Source of the DNA: Dehalococcoidia bacterium
GTDB taxonomy: Bacteria > Chloroflexota > Dehalococcoidia > Tepidiformales > Tepidiformaceae
Assembly: GCA_036010925.1 (NCBI GenBank)
Contig: DASCML010000069.1
Location: 1 to 36,417, forward strand
Direction of reading: 5' to 3'
DNA length: 36,417 nt
The notes below the pieces were generated by a model. It was not told the DNA's origin. It saw only the letters and a program-made list of their open reading frames with translations, and did no database searches. The translations under genes were made by a program, and so were the position numbers. How positions within the stretch are numbered: the first letter of the stretch is position 1; every line of letters starts with the position of its first letter. Positions 36,273-36,417 of this stretch are shown piece after piece.

Positions 36273-36417
36273 CTAGAAGTCCATGTCGTCCATACCGGGC
36301 ATACCCCCGCCCATACCGGGCATACCCCCGCCCATACCGGGCATACCCCCGCCCATGCCCGGCATACCTCCCATGTCATCCATGCCACCTAGGTCACCAA
36401 AACCGCCCATGTCGAAG
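36273..36417 (-). CDS. groEL: chaperonin GroEL, C-terminal end (partial, continues beyond the window)
   Basis: The minus-strand frame reads FDMGGFGDLGGMDDMGGMPGMGGGMPGMGGGMPGMGGGMPGMDDMDF-stop (TAG = 36273-36275). This is the characteristic Gly-Met-rich GroEL tail. The tracked ORF 36035..36388 is a different frame. Confidence 0.75.
   Translation of the reverse strand, partial: FDMGGFGDLGGMDDMGGMPGMGGGMPGMGGGMPGMGGGMPGMDDMDF
36291..36353. repeat. 3 perfect tandem copies of a 21-nt unit (CATACCGGGCATACCCCCGCC), plus a degenerate fourth
   Basis: Read directly. Encodes (GGGMPGM)n within the GroEL tail. Confidence 0.9.

Noticed and set aside
36291-36353. Short perfect tandem repeats, considered as a possible CRISPR or minisatellite.
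   Set aside because: The units are contiguous with no spacers, and they lie inside the coding sequence for the GroEL tail.
36035-36388. Tracked 117-aa minus-strand ORF with WAGVCPV repeats.
   Set aside because: It is the wrong reading frame of the 21-nt repeats. The adjacent frame gives the canonical GroEL GGM/DDMDF tail ending at TAG 36273-36275.
1-36417. Stop-codon reassignment or an alternative genetic code as the explanation for the in-frame stops.
   Set aside because: TGA, TAA and TAG each terminate well-supported intact genes in the window (for example the moaD-like gene and tal, kamA, and the nitroreductase). Internal stops are confined to a few genes, some of which also carry frameshifts.

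Overview
GC-rich bacterial chromosomal segment. The gene content looks Actinobacteria-like (inference): an F420-type LLM oxidoreductase, polyphosphate glucokinase, strong GGAGG Shine-Dalgarno sites, and a GroEL with a GGM...DDMDF tail. About 30 genes look intact. They include a GltD-like Fe-S flavoprotein, dienelactone hydrolase, SDR, MBL hydrolase, VOC/epimerase, trkH-trkA K+ uptake, a MoaD-like GG protein beside a tungsten-type aldehyde:ferredoxin oxidoreductase, and a nitroreductase. Also present are an MFS transporter, two APH-type phosphotransferase paralogs, a metallophosphoesterase, an LLM oxidoreductase, padR-modABC, a KamA-family radical-SAM aminomutase, an aldo/keto reductase, ppgK, tal-pgi-gnd and the 3' end of groEL. 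Two things stand out. (1) A well-matched c-di-AMP (ydaO-yuaA class) riboswitch lies at 27864-27982. It is followed by a structured ~300-nt leader, a 136-aa unknown ORF and the KamA-family aminomutase, which would tie c-di-AMP signalling to beta-amino-acid (osmolyte?) chemistry. (2) The density of inactivated genes is unusually high. At least five clear cases and up to eight candidates carry in-frame stops and/or single-base frameshifts, while their neighbours are intact. One of these stops is a TGA that replaces the first Cys of the conserved CxxC motif of a DUF3179 lipoprotein and is followed by a hairpin. That is a weak selenocysteine alternative, undercut by two further stops in the same gene. 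No mobile elements, CRISPR arrays, tRNAs or rRNAs were recognised.
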